Shown: positions 50,762-63,762 of the stretch, piece by piece | How positions within the stretch are numbered: the stretch's first letter is position 1 | How the letters are laid out: every line of letters begins with the position of its first letter | Source of the DNA: Octopus bimaculoides | Lineage: Eukaryota | Assembly: GCF_001194135.2 (NCBI RefSeq) | Contig: NC_068992.1 | Span: forward strand, 38,447,587-38,511,586 | Length of the DNA: 64,000 nt | Direction: 5' to 3' | Notes under the pieces: model-generated | The model's database searches: none | Seen by the model: only the letters and a program-made list of their open reading frames with translations | Told to the model about the DNA's origin: nothing | Position numbers and translations under genes: made by a program

Positions 50762-51967
50762 CGTGTGTGTGGCTGTGTATATTTGCATGGGTGTGTGTAT
50801 GTATATATGAGTGAGTGTGTTTGTATATAGGGTGGGTGTATGTAGGTATATTTATGTGTGAAGATATGTGTGTCATATATATATGTATGTATGTGTGTGT
50901 TTATATGCATGTATATGCACAAACAACACAATCACAGACACAGTCTGACCTCTAAAGTTCTGTCCTGGATGAACTGTGTTTATCTGTGAAAATCTCTACC
51001 GTTTCCTCAAGTAGTTTAAGGCATCAATGTTATGTGATAGCCATCCACAATCATCCCTTATCTTGCATTCATCTACTCAAGTTTGCCATCTTACAACTGT
51101 TTTTCTTTCTTGTCTTAATTCTATTTTTACTTTATCCACCCCCTCTTCATCACATTTAGTTAATTAAAGTTTCTTTAAGAATGTCTTATATACATGTAGC
51201 TACTCACAAAACCTCCTACCATGACTTACACTACCTTTGCCTTTAGTACCACAGCTATGAGACTTAGTGTCTTTTTATGTAAAGATTATTATTATTATTG
51301 AGTGAAGGAGCAGTGTATTCCATCAAAGTGGTACTGAGGTACAAATATATGAAGCCAAGTATCCCAATCATGATTACCCGTCTGATAACAGTACACCAGG
51401 CACATAGATCACAACCATATGTGTGCGACATAGTGACCTCATATCAAGGTAAACAGTGAATGGTATTGCAGGTATTATTATTATTATTATTATTATTATT
51501 AAAGTGGTGAGCTGGCAGAGTCATTAGAACGCTGGATGAAATGCTTAGCGGCATTTCACCTTGTCGTTATGTTCTGAGTTCAAATTCTGCCGAGGTTGAC
51601 TTGCTTTTCATCCTTTCAGGGTCGATAAATGAAGTACCAGTTGTGTGTAGGAGTGGGGTATCGATTTAATTGACTGGCACCCTTCCCCAAAAATTTCAGG
51701 CCTTGTGCCTTTAGTAAAAAGGATTATTGTTGTTGTTGTTGTTAAGGTAGTGAACTGGCAAAATCATTAATACCCTGGGCAAAATGTTAGTGACATTTCG
51801 TCCATCTTTACATTCTGAGTTCAAATTCTGCCAATGTCGACTTTGCCTTTCAACCTCTTGTAGGGGTCAATGAAATAAATACCAGTTATATACTTGGGTC
51901 AACGTAATCGACTAGCCCCCCCCCTTCCCGCCCAAAGTTTCAGGCCTTGTGCCTATGGTAGAAAAGG

Positions 51968-52007
<40 letters not shown>

Positions 52008-52180
52008 CACCAAGGTGAACTTTTCCTTTCATTCTTTCAGGGTCAATAAAATAAGTACTAGTTATGCACTGAGGGGTTGAAGTAAACGACTTACTCCTGC
52101 CCCTAAATACTTGCCTTGTGGCAAAATTTGAAATCATCATCATCATCATCACCATCATTATTGTTGTTGTTATTGTTATC

Positions 52181-52212
<32 letters not shown>

Positions 52213-52434
52213 GGTGGCGAGCTGGCAGAAGCGTTAACATGCCAAACAAAATGCTTAGCGGTATTTCGCCCGTCGCTATGTTCTGAGTTCAAATTCTGCT
52301 GAGGCCGACTTTGCTTTTCATCCTTTTGGGGTCGATAAACTAAGCACCAGTGAAACATGGGTCAATGCAATCAGCTTGTCCCCTTCCCCAAAATGACTGC
52401 CTTTGTGGAAAAATTTGAAACCATTATTATTGTT

Positions 52435-52968
52435 GAGTGAGAGAGCAGTGTATGCCATCAAAGTGACACTGGAGTAAAATATACGATGCCCAGTATACCC
52501 ATCATGACTACCCATCTGATATGGGTACACCAGACACATGCATCACAACCATATGTGCACGACATGGTGATCTCATATCAAGATGAACAGCACATGACCT
52601 TGCCAGTTAGAATTTTCTTCAGGTCAAGTAACCCATTCTGCTCAAAAGTTTCCTGAATAAGTTTTGTTTAAGAATGTTGAACGAAACACCCATGTTTCCA
52701 GAGGAGAATTATTCAAATCTCAAAGAATTTCTTTCAACACATAGCTATGATGCTCCCTCACTACTTCTGCTCATGATCAGAGATGTACATATCATCAGCC
52801 ACCAAGGGACATGCTCAACTGATTAAGGTCAAGCAAATCTGTGGTATTGAGCAGAATATTTGCTGTAGCCCATCTTTTATACCAAGACAAAACAATGTAC
52901 ATGATAACACTTCCAATCAGTTAAGATCAGAAGCCATGGGAGTCACTTCCTGGTACTGCATCAGGGCA
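52435..52968 (-). mobile_element. ~520-bp non-coding interspersed element flanked by (TAA)n
   Basis: Near-identical copies at 6237-6760, ~26065-26590, 51299-51470 (partial) and 52435-52968, all adjoining ATT arrays. Confidence 0.8.
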
Positions 52969-53013
<45 letters not shown>

Positions 53014-53016
<3 letters not shown>

Positions 53017-54830
53017 TGAAAGACTCTCAGATAGTTCTTAATTACCAGTTGTTCTTTGAAAGCGGGCAATAACAAATCAGCAAAGGTTTCAAGTAGTGCC
53101 TTCTCCTGTGACTCAAAGAGACAATACTCTCCCTAGAATGCAAGCTGTACCCAACAATGCTGTGTTCTGGATCACTTCGAGCTTGATAGCAGCTCCAATA
53201 TTCTTAATATATTTTTCAAAACTCTTAGAAACTGCTCCTAATGCTCCAATTACCACCAGTATCACCATTACTTTCCTCATACCCCATAACTTTCCTATCA
53301 CGTCCCTCAGTGGCTGGTATTTCTCTGTTTCATTACATTTCACCCTCGAATCGCCTGGTATTGCAACATCTATTATCGTTGCTTCTTTTTCATCTTTATG
53401 GATGATTACGATATCTGGTCGTCTCACCTCTATGACTTGGTCGCACTGTATGTTAAAATCCCAGAATATTTTGTAATGTTCATTTTCCATTACTCCCCCT
53501 GATTTGTGTTCATACCATTGTTTGGCTTTCTTGAGTACAACAGCCAGTGGACATATCTGGTCACATTGTCATGTCTCCTTTTGTATTCGCGTTGTGCGAA
53601 CTGACAGCATCCACTAACAATATGGCTTATACTTGCTCCCGTCTCAGAGCAAATCCTACACTATGGCGAGTCAGTGCTTTTATCAATGTCATATTTGGAG
53701 TAGTTTGTTCTGAGAGATTGTTCTTGAGCACTGCGCACTAATGCTTCAGTAGGCCCTTTTAAGTCTCCTCCTTTCTGCAGCCATTGCCAAGTTCTATTCC
53801 AATCAATCTCATCTTTATTCTTCAAGAACTGACTGTGCATTTTCTTGTCCTGCCAAATTTTCATCATCTGCTCTCTCTTGTCTTTCTTAAATTGTGTTGG
53901 ATTTACGGTTTCGTTCACTGCTTCAATCATGTCTTCTTTACTCCCCTTGACATACCAAGCCAGGCTATTCTCCTTTTCCCTTACACAACCTTCACAACAC
54001 ACAAATCCCCGTCCTCCTTCTTTCTTCTTTACTTACAATCTTGACACATCACTCTTGGGTGTAGTTCCTTGTTCATTGTCATTAATTTATGTGTTCTCTA
54101 GTCTATCTCTTGTTATTCATTCTTCTTCCAAGATACTCTTCCTACCCCATATCTCATCAAAGCAACCGCTCATGTGTTAATTGCACTAATCTTATAGTAG
54201 CCATTTTGCTTTGATTGGAGCACAAGCCAAATCCTCCTCAAATACTTTTTCCTGTATATTTCTTTCATCTTCTGTTCATTCATCTTATCTTTTTCAATGA
54301 TACCCAGCTACTTATATCCTTGCTCTCCAACTTCCTTAATAATTTTGCCAATTTCTACCTTGATCCCATGGCTTTTACTGATTTTCCTCCTTTTGAGAAT
54401 CATTACACCACATTTCTCGATCCCAAATTCCATGCAGATATCTTTGCTAATCATCTGCACAGTTGCGTCAAACTCTCAATTTCTTTCTCAGTCTTAGCAA
54501 ATAGCTTTAGGTCATCCATAAACCACAGGTTGTTTACTTTCACCCTGCCTAGCACCTACCCCACAGGCATTTTTCTTAAAACGCTCGTTAGTGGCAGTAT
54601 GCAGACAACAAATAGGAAAGGCAACAGACTGTTCCCCTGAAAAATTCCTCTTTTGATATTTACCTCTCCCAGCTTATCTTTCCTTGCTGTGAGTTCAGTT
54701 CGCCACGTTGCCATTGAGTTTTGTATTAACTTCAGGATATTGTGGGAGACCTTAGGCAGTTTAAGGCATTCAATAATCCACACGTGGGACCATGTCATAC
54801 TACGGTTATCTGAATCAGCTAGAATATACA
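53014..54830 (-). mobile_element. 5'-truncated, degraded R4/Dong-clade (RLE-type) non-LTR retrotransposon
   Basis: RT fragment ...GEVNIKRGIFQGNSLLPFLFVVCILPL; pre-zinc-knuckle region QEQSLRTNYSKYDIDKSTDSP; RLE domain KIFWDFNIQCDQVIEVRRPDIVIIHK...IIDVAIPGD...QNTALLGTACILGRVLSL. The 3' end abuts a (TAA)n array at ~52970-53013. Confidence 0.9.
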
Positions 54831-55240
54831 AGTTGTTTAGGCTAAATTTGACATCATCATCATCATTGTCGTCATTTAACGTCCACGTTCCATGCTGGCA
54901 TGGGTTGGATGGTTTGATTAAGAACTGGCAAGCCAGGAGGCTGCACCACGCTCCAAAAGAACTGCAACAATTAGGGAGTACTCAGGTATTTCATGACAAT
55001 GGGTTGTTGTTGTTGTTACCCTCTGGCAGATTGGAGTGTAAGTAAATATCTGATCACTTTTGGTTTTTTGTTATGAGAGAAAACCCCCTCCCTTTAGACA
55101 GTATGTTTATAACATTCATGATTCACCAGTGTAAGGGGACTTTGAGACAGTGTGGTGTTTTGACCATATTGTGTGTCTCATCAGTCAAAGTTGTCTCTTA
55201 GATCTATGAATGTAACAAGAGCTTGATTTCTTCTTTATAG

Positions 55241-55346
55241 AAATCAACAAACAAATTATTTGCTGATATGTGCTAATGTCTGCCAAACTGATAATAATTC
55301 ACGAAGTGCATGCAATACAAACAAGTGGTGTTGTGTTATCTTTTGA
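55241..55346 (+). CDS. Putative terminal coding exon (x-NQQTNYLLICANVCQTDNNSRSACNTNKWCCVIF*) ending in a CaaX-like motif
   Basis: Strong acceptor gatttcttctttatag. The phase-2 frame is the longest, with stop TGA at 55344-55346 and AATAAA near 55520. Confidence 0.35.
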
Positions 55347-55854
55347 GGGAAGAGACCATATTGGTGGGGTTTAACTGATAAATATTGTCGGTCATATGTG
55401 CATGAAAGAGGAGAGGGCGCAGAGCTTTGACTTCATTATTTATAGAAACTATAGTGCTGCAGTGGAACTGTGTCAGTGACCGGATTGCAGTTGTGCAATG
55501 AGAATTTTGATGCCACATAAAATAAATTTGTATTTGTGTGTTATTAAATGGCTAGAGTGGCTATTCCACAATGACGAAGTCACTTGATAAACAAATACAA
55601 CTCTGAAATTATTTATTTTCCTCATTATTTCTTAGTTACAATTTTCAGCTACTTGTTAATTAACTTATCACTCTGTACATTGCTCCAAACATTGTTCAGC
55701 TGACTCCTGTCCAGTATCTGTTCTGTTAACTACTACAACAATCACTGTCGCATAACACATGTTGATTTTACTCTCACCTAAACCTACACATCCTCTCTCT
55801 TCTCCTCACCTCTCCTCAAATTATATTCTCCGTATTTTAACCATCACTTTAGAA

Positions 55855-56388
55855 CAGGAGTCACCAAACTATTTTTGTGGCAGGCCAGATAACTGAGAGA
55901 ACGATGAGTGCAGGCCGAATAACCGTTTTGTTCACTACAATACAGTGAATACACAAAAAATAAAGACAATTAACATATTTATTTCTCCAAAAGTTATCAA
56001 AGAAGGTGATGTTAGCAATAAGATAGTTATATCACACCCAGTGCCACACATATCCGAATCTCACAAACTAAGCAACAAAAAAGTTTGGTGAGGTTTGTGA
56101 AACTGGTGTTTAGCTTTTAAGATATCATCAATATTTGCTTTGGAATTTGCAGCATCCAACCAAGAGAATTGCTTTCAAATGTTTATCAGTCAACCCTGTT
56201 TGATGTGCTGACTTTACATATTTTGTTTTTGAAAATGTTGGCTCACAGACATAAGTTGTTCCAAACACTGATTGATGCCATGCCACAGGCAAATGAACTC
56301 TCATTGAAGGTACTTACATAAAAGGTACAGTGTGGTGGTGGTGGGCTGGATGAACTGACCTTGTGGGCCATAGTTTGGTGACCCCCTA
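55855..56388 (-). mobile_element. Internally deleted hAT element (Charlie/Buster/SPIN-like)
   Basis: TIRs caggagtcaccaaact / agtttggtgaccccct(a), 8-bp TSD ctttagaa / ctctagaa. Minus frame SVFGTTYVCEPTFSKTKYVKSAHQTGLTDKHLKAILLVG matches the hAT dimerisation domain. Confidence 0.85.
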
Positions 56389-56903
56389 CTCTAGAATTTA
56401 TTTCTCCCCATTGCTTGTACACTAGTGTACAAACATAAGATCTATCATGGCCCAATGCTAGTTCTGCTTGGCTTTCTGATATTTATAAAACAAACTATGA
56501 AGAACACAACACAGTGCAATTTGGATCTCTGCAGACAACCTACACAAAGAAGCAAAAATATTTGAAATAAGAGACCACCTGGATATGTAGGAAACGCAGT
56601 TTGTTGTCATAAAGACAAACTACAACCTTAACAGTCCCTAGGACTTCATATGTGTGTCCAACATATCCAAACATATCTGTGACAAACCCAGAAGATGACT
56701 ACACAATATTGTATTAAGGAAACTTAATTATAGGCACAGGAGTGGCTGTGTGGTAAGAAGTTTTCTTCCCAACCACATGATTCCAGGTTCAGTCCCACTG
56801 TGTGGCACCTTGGGAAAGTGTCTTCTACTATAGCCTCAGGTGAACCAAAGCCTTGTGAGTGGATTTGGTAGATGGAAATTGAAAGAAGCCCGTCGTATAT
56901 ATA

Positions 56904-57132
56904 TGCGAGGGTGAGTCACAAAGTAATGCCATTTTGTTTAGGACAGGTATAATTACCAACACAGGAACATGAATCATACATCAAAATGAAGCTGGTCTTC
57001 TGTGAATCACATCCCTACTTCTCAACATATTGTTTCTCTCAATAGCAATGTTCCACCTTCAAATGAGAGCATCTATCCCTGCCCCGTAAAATTCTGTGGA
57101 CTGTTCTTTGAGCCACTTCTTCACTACAGTTT
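56904..57132 (-). mobile_element. Mariner transposon right end with transposase C-terminus, inserted in the (TA)n linker of a SINE
   Basis: TIR-like (t)gcgagggtgagtcacaaagtaatgcc next to a TA run. Minus frame TVVKKWLKEQSTEFYGAGIDALI*RWNIAIERN..YVEK* is the mariner C-terminus. The remainder is lost in gap 57133-57724. Confidence 0.8.
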
Positions 57133-57724
57133 NNNNNNNNNNNNNNNNNNNNNNNNNNNNNNNNNNNNNNNNNNNNNNNNNNNNNNNNNNNNNNNNNNNN
57201 NNNNNNNNNNNNNNNNNNNNNNNNNNNNNNNNNNNNNNNNNNNNNNNNNNNNNNNNNNNNNNNNNNNNNNNNNNNNNNNNNNNNNNNNNNNNNNNNNNNN
57301 NNNNNNNNNNNNNNNNNNNNNNNNNNNNNNNNNNNNNNNNNNNNNNNNNNNNNNNNNNNNNNNNNNNNNNNNNNNNNNNNNNNNNNNNNNNNNNNNNNNN
57401 NNNNNNNNNNNNNNNNNNNNNNNNNNNNNNNNNNNNNNNNNNNNNNNNNNNNNNNNNNNNNNNNNNNNNNNNNNNNNNNNNNNNNNNNNNNNNNNNNNNN
57501 NNNNNNNNNNNNNNNNNNNNNNNNNNNNNNNNNNNNNNNNNNNNNNNNNNNNNNNNNNNNNNNNNNNNNNNNNNNNNNNNNNNNNNNNNNNNNNNNNNNN
57601 NNNNNNNNNNNNNNNNNNNNNNNNNNNNNNNNNNNNNNNNNNNNNNNNNNNNNNNNNNNNNNNNNNNNNNNNNNNNNNNNNNNNNNNNNNNNNNNNNNNN
57701 NNNNNNNNNNNNNNNNNNNNNNNN

Positions 57725-57795
<71 letters not shown>

Positions 57796-59422
57796 ATATA
57801 TAAACGTATATATATGTACATATTTATGTGTGTGTCTTTGCGTCTATATTTGTCTCCTCCCTCCATTGCCTGACAACTGATGTTGGTGTGTTTATGTCCC
57901 TGTAGCTTAGCGGTTCGGCAAAAGATACCAATAGAATAAGTACCAAGCTTACAAAGAATAAATCCTGGGGTCGAATTCTTCGACTAAAAGGCGGTGCTCC
58001 AGCATGGTCATAGCCAAATGACTGAAACAAATAAATGAATAGCTTCTCTCTGTCATATTTACTCATTGTCTCTTAAACAGTCAACTCTGAACGGTTGGTG
58101 CCATGTTAAGCAGCACCCATGCTGATGCCATGTAAACCACCCAGCATGCTCTGTAAAGTGGTTGGCATTAGGAAGGGCATCCAGCTGTAGAAACCATGCC
58201 AAAACAGACAACTGGGGCCTGGTGCAGCCCTCCAGCTTGCTAGCTCCTGTCAGTCTGTTCAACCCATTCCAGCATGGAAAACAGATGTTAAACAATGATG
58301 ATAATGGTTCGTTTACCACTGCAAATAGTGGGAGCACTATGTAATTGATGAGTTATCTGTTAGTTTGAATCATTGTGATTGTTAGTTTCTGAGTGTGTAA
58401 TACAATAGGATGTCCTCTGTTTCTTTCTCTCGGTATATGCCATATAAGTAGGATGACAGCTGCTTGTCCTTTTATGGTGTAAATCTTGCAATAGGGCATC
58501 CACTACTGCCAGGCTGATTTGTACACTCCAAGAAACATTATATTGAAACAGTCTTTGTTAGTGAAGCAATAATTTAAAATGGATTACATACTCGCATTTT
58601 GTATTGGTATAGGATATATGCAAATCATATTTTCATTTTTATTTAATTATTTGTTAGCAGCCTTGTTATTCACTACTAAACTATTATATATTTTTTATTT
58701 CTTTACTGCACACAAGGAGCTAAACATAGAGGGGACAAACAAGGGATTAAGTCGATTACATCGACCCCAGTGCATAAATGGTACTTAATTTATCGACTCC
58801 GAAAGGAATTTGAACTCAGAACGTAGCGGCAGACAAAATACCGCTAAGTATTTCGCCTGGTGTGCTAATGTTTCTGCCAGCTCGCTGCCTTTTATATATT
58901 ATAACTATTATATATTTCTGTGTGATGGAACACTAGTTATTTTAACATAAGCAAGCATAGGGCCTCATATTTGTGTGTGTGTGTGNNNNNNNNNNNNNNN
59001 NNNNNNNNNNNNNNNNNNNNNNNNNNNNNNNNNNNNNNNNNNNNNNNNNNNNNNNNNNNNNNNNNNNNNNNNNNNNNNNNNNNNNNNNNNNNNNNNNNNN
59101 NNNNNNNNNNNNNNNNNNNNNNNNNNNNNNNNNNNNNNNNNNNNNNNNNNNNNNNNNNCTACCAATTCTACCATCCTTAAATTATAATTTTCTAATTTAG
59201 GTACAAGACCAGTTGGTTTGGAAGGAGATAGGGTTACTTGATTAGATCAACCCCAGTACTTGACTAGGGTGAAAAGCAAAGTCGATCTTGGCAGGATTTG
59301 AACTTGGCACATACAGTATTGGGATAAAAACCACCCATTTTGCCCAATGCTCTGAGAACTGTGCCAAACCACCATCTTTATATGGTGCAATAATAAAATG
59401 GTAACAATATTTAACTTTTTTA

Positions 59423-59640
59423 AGGTGGTGAGCTGGTGGAAATGTTAGCATGCCTGGCGAAATGCTTTGCGGTATTTCGTCTGTCTTTACATTCTGAGTT
59501 CAAATTCCGCCAAGGTCGACTTTGCCTTTCATCCTTTTAGTGTCGATAAATTAGGTACCAGTTGCACACTGGGGTTGATCTAATTGACTGCCCCCCCCTC
59601 CCCCAAAATTTCGGGCCTTGTGCCTAGAATAGAAACGAAT
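59423..59640 (+). mobile_element. SINE family A (tRNA-like head ggcgagctggcagaa...gagttcaaattc, core gtcgactttgcctttcatcctttcggggtcg, ATT-rich tail), representative copy
   Basis: More than 25 copies on both strands, e.g. 8661-8890+, 8925-9113-, 17088-17300+, 18810-19030+, 26622-26830+, 35985-36410+ (x2), 43736-43960-, 49790-49998-, 51501-51965+ (x2), 52212-52425+, 58705-58890-. Confidence 0.85.
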
Positions 59641-60659
59641 ATTTAACTCTTTTGTTACCATATCTTTGAAATAATCTGCCCTTGTTTCTCCTATTTTTGA
59701 AAATAATGAAGAATTTAAAACAATTTGTCATTAATCAATTTGGTGCTTGGAACGTAAATTAGCATGAAATTTTGATGGAAGGTTTTAATTGAGATCATTT
59801 CTAACCAGGAAGTTTGTATCTTAGAACAAAGGGTTGTGTCTGCTAGGTTGAATTCCATGTCTTGTCAAGAAAAGATTCAAAGTATTTGTTTATTTATAAT
59901 AAATTATAAGAATCAGACAGTAAATTTTGATTTAATGTCTTGTAAATTGAATAACTAAAATGTGATATTACAACAGGAAGTTTAAAAACAATTTGTATTT
60001 TCAATGTTCCTTTTATATTTCATGTAATGAGGTTTATGTTGTCACATGTTGGCTTTTACATTATATTTTCTTGGAAAAAAAAAAAACGTGACTTCTCCAT
60101 AACTATTGATGGTACTGAGCTTCCAGTTAAGAATGACAGTAATAGCACTTGAGAACACTTAAACACTTTTGGTAAGTAGATGAGGAAAAGAGGAAAAAAA
60201 TCTCTCACGAGGAAGAAATACTCTTGCTGTCTTTCATAGAAAGCATTCTTGGAAGATTTGTTTGATTCAGATTCTATGCTATTTCAAGTTTTGCAAGCCC
60301 CTAACGGAGCCTGTAGCAGCAGCACCATCCCAGCTGCATGAGCAATATTCCAATGTACATGAGATTGGATGTCTATTGGTGTTTACTGTGACACTCTATG
60401 TGCTGAGTTCAAATTGTACATGAGTTTTGTGGATCAGTGAGGGCCAAATGTTTTTCTTTTGGATCTGAGGGAATAAACCTTAGTCTTTAGAATGTATCTT
60501 TGGTAATATACGTATATGAAGTCATGAGAAATTCTGAGGCTTAGCAGCTTTAGCAGTCATTTTGAGGGCTCCATGTTGTGTTATTCACATGTAGGAATAG
60601 TGAAGTACAAAACAGTGTTTTTGGATAATTGTTGTAATTATCGAAATTGTACCAAATTC

Positions 60660-61130
60660 AATGACTGGCACCCGTGCCAGTGGAGTGCTAAGAGCACCAT
60701 CCGAGCGGGATCACTGCCAGAGCAGCTGTCTCGCTTCCATGCTGGTGGCACATAAAAAGCACCATTTGAGTGTGATCATTACTAGCGTCGCCTTACTGGT
60801 ACTTGTGCCGGTGGCATGTGAACAAAACATTCGAGGGAGGTCGTTGCCAGTGCCGCTGGACTGACCCTTGTGCAGGTGGCACGTAAAAAACACCATTTGA
60901 GTGTGGCCATTGCCAGTATCGCCAGACTGGCCCTTGTGCTGGCGGCACGTAAAAGCACCCACTACACTCTTGGAGTGGTTGGTGTTAGGAAGGGCATCCA
61001 GCTGTAGAAACTTGCCAGATCAGATTGGAGCCTGGTGCAGCCATCTGGTTCGCTAGTCCTCAGTCAAATCATCCAACCCATGCTAGCATGGAAAGCGGAC
61101 ATTAAATGATGATGATGATGATGATGATGT
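60660..61130 (+). mobile_element. SINE family C (ggcattaggaagggcatccagc...catgccagcatggaaagcggacgttaaa(tga)n) with internal tandem repeats
   Basis: Copies at ~4990-5430+, 14000-14380-, 23735-24040-, 40500-40765+, 47925-48290+, 58090-58300+ and 63735-64000-. Confidence 0.85.
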
Positions 61131-61974
61131 CTGTGGAAAAAAACTTAAATTGTTTTGTATCTGTTAAAGAATATTTTCAAGATCTCTGGTTATGGCATAT
61201 ATGGAAGAATGAATGGTAATGTTAAGAGTGTGTTTTGTTAAAAAGTGACAGCAAGTCACTCATTAATGGAAAGGAACAAGAATCTGTGAGTCCAAAAGGA
61301 AATCTTTGAATAGTTAGAGTTGAAATGGTTTGACGGGTCTGTCAGTGAATCTTTAAATGAATCAGTTTGAAAGGAAACATCTAGCCCAAGACATGAAATG
61401 GATGGCACCATTAGGCAGACAACTTGGTGCTTCTCAATGAATAGCAGAGCCATTAGACTAGAATGTCTAGTATTTGTTCCAACTGTCTACACTCTGGGTT
61501 CAAATTCTGCTGAGGTCAACTTTGTTACTCATCCTTTTGAGGTCAATAAAAAAGGTGCCCACCCAGAGTGGTGGATCAGTAGAACTGAGAACATGAGATC
61601 GGATGTCTAGTGGTGTTTGTTGTGACACTGTGTGTGCTGAGTTCAAATCCTTCCATGGTCTACTTGTGTTGTAAACTTAATCCATAACTCAGTTTAATAC
61701 CACCACCAACACCACCACCTGACATCTTGGGAATCATTTTAGTGGAAGAGTCCACTTTGTTAAAAACATCAAGGCAGGGTTTGAGGATACCTTTCTCTCT
61801 GCCCCACCAGTTTGGGAGGTCCCTTAAAGGGTCATGGTTGCTGCTTTACCTCCTCATTACAAGATAATAAAAAACCAAAGCAAAACCCTATTTGCTGTGC
61901 TGACCCCTTGAGCAAAAACATTGCTTTCACTGAAATTAATAATAATTAATAATAAACAACAACAACATCGAAAA

Positions 61975-62095
61975 ATACCTTAGGAATGAGAACCCAGGTT
62001 CAAAATTTCCCCAAGACACCTGATGAGGGGTGGAGGGTGTATCAGCTGAAACGTTATGTTAACAACAAACAAGATGAGGCCAAATATCTTTGACA
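61975..62095 (+). mobile_element. Penelope-like terminal fragment containing a degenerate hammerhead motif
   Basis: gacac-CTGATGA-N21-GAAAC-GTT-atgtt at 62015-62060. Confidence 0.45.
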
Positions 62096-62178
62096 GTTTA
62101 CTAAAGACTGTTGAAGCAAACATCTCGCAAATAATTTTGCTAAAATTGTTTCATCTCCAGAGATATACATATTTATTG

Positions 62179-62211
<33 letters not shown>

Positions 62212-63315
62212 TTTTTATCTGTTTTCTTCTATTTTTACATTATTTAGTTAAATGTATTTTCTAAAGGTCTTTGTATTCTATTATTAACACATTCCTCTCT
62301 TTTCTTTGTCTGGTTTTACTCTAAAATGGCAAATACCAATTCCTATATACTGAATTCTCATTAACTGCTCCCTAAACTTGCCCATTCCGTGGACTTCATT
62401 TTTGTGTTTGTAATTTATCTTGTACCTTTTTTCTTACAAAACTAATAGCTTACAAAATTCTTGTTTTGGAAAAATTCCAACAAGTGATTAGTTGAGGAAG
62501 GAACTCTGAAAGTACATTGATATTCTATATCTGATTACCAAGTTTAATTGGAGAAAACATATCTTTGTTTCTGTGTTCTCTCAGCAAGACAACTTTGAGT
62601 TCTAATTTATAGGGCAGAGATATCAAACCTATCATGTTCTTCAAGAAAAGTGAACAGAATATTCTTCTGAGAAATTATTACAACTGTTGTAAATGTAAAT
62701 ATCTTGTAGGCTGCCAGAATCCAGTGTTTGGCATGATAAGAATAAATACTTCTATGAGAAGAAATACTTGCAAGAAATCTTGCCTGTTCAGTCATTTAAT
62801 TCTTCAAAAAACTAATTTCATTGTGGTTATTTCCTTGGAATTTCTGAAGACCAACATCTGCACACTGCATAAAAAAAGGGGTGCAGGACACTGGATGGGG
62901 GAAAGTTCTTGAGGCTTGCAGCTAAGGAGGGGAGGACTGACTTGGAATAATTTCAGGTGGGGTGAGTCACATTAAGGCTGAGAAGAAACGAGAACATCAA
63001 TCAGGAAGGGCTTGAGTAGGAATGGTATGCAACTTGCTAGTCCAGTGGAGCAGTGGTCATTGTAGTAGAGAAGAGACAGAAAGTAAAAAACAATAAGTAT
63101 CTATGATGAAATGGTGGTGAAGCATTGTTCATCAGCAGAATTAACTTCTTGTAGCTAATAATACAGTATGATAGCTACTGTATTCGATAGCTTATATGAC
63201 ATACATTTGTCCCCCAAAAATGTCTCCAAAAATCACTCCTGGTCCTCTCCTTGAATATACACTGTTGAAATTGGCTTGTATCTAAACATATCTGTGTGTC
63301 TTTTATGCCAACAAA

Positions 63316-63384
<69 letters not shown>

Positions 63385-63729
63385 CACATTTGCCACCACA
63401 ACCTTGTTTAAGTTTAGCAGCCCTTCCTGTTTGTTTTCACTGTCCTGTTTTTGTTACCAATTTTTACCCTCTCCAAAATCCCAAATTTTATCTAATTTAC
63501 TTTGCGGGAGCAACTGTTTTATTGAAAGCGTATATTATTGTTAAATGCTTGAAATATGAGAGTAGAAAAACAGCCAACAACTGATGAAGGGTCATTCATT
63601 ATGTTGTTTGTCTTGTTTTCCATTTGTGTTTTTCGTTGTTCGAAAAAATAGTTCATATTCCATGTACTTATACTTCGTATTTTTCGTTGTACATGTTTCG
63701 TGACGTCTTGTGCCCACATATGCATATAT

Positions 63730-63762
<33 letters not shown>

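Noticed and set aside
62600-62912. ~100-codon Cys-rich plus-strand ORF after a ttctaatttatag acceptor
   Set aside because: No recognisable domain, no phase-linked neighbouring exon, and the overlapping minus ORF is equally plausible. Unsupported.
63590-63725. CTGATGAAGGG motif as a hammerhead core
   Set aside because: No helix II plus GAAA follows on the same strand.
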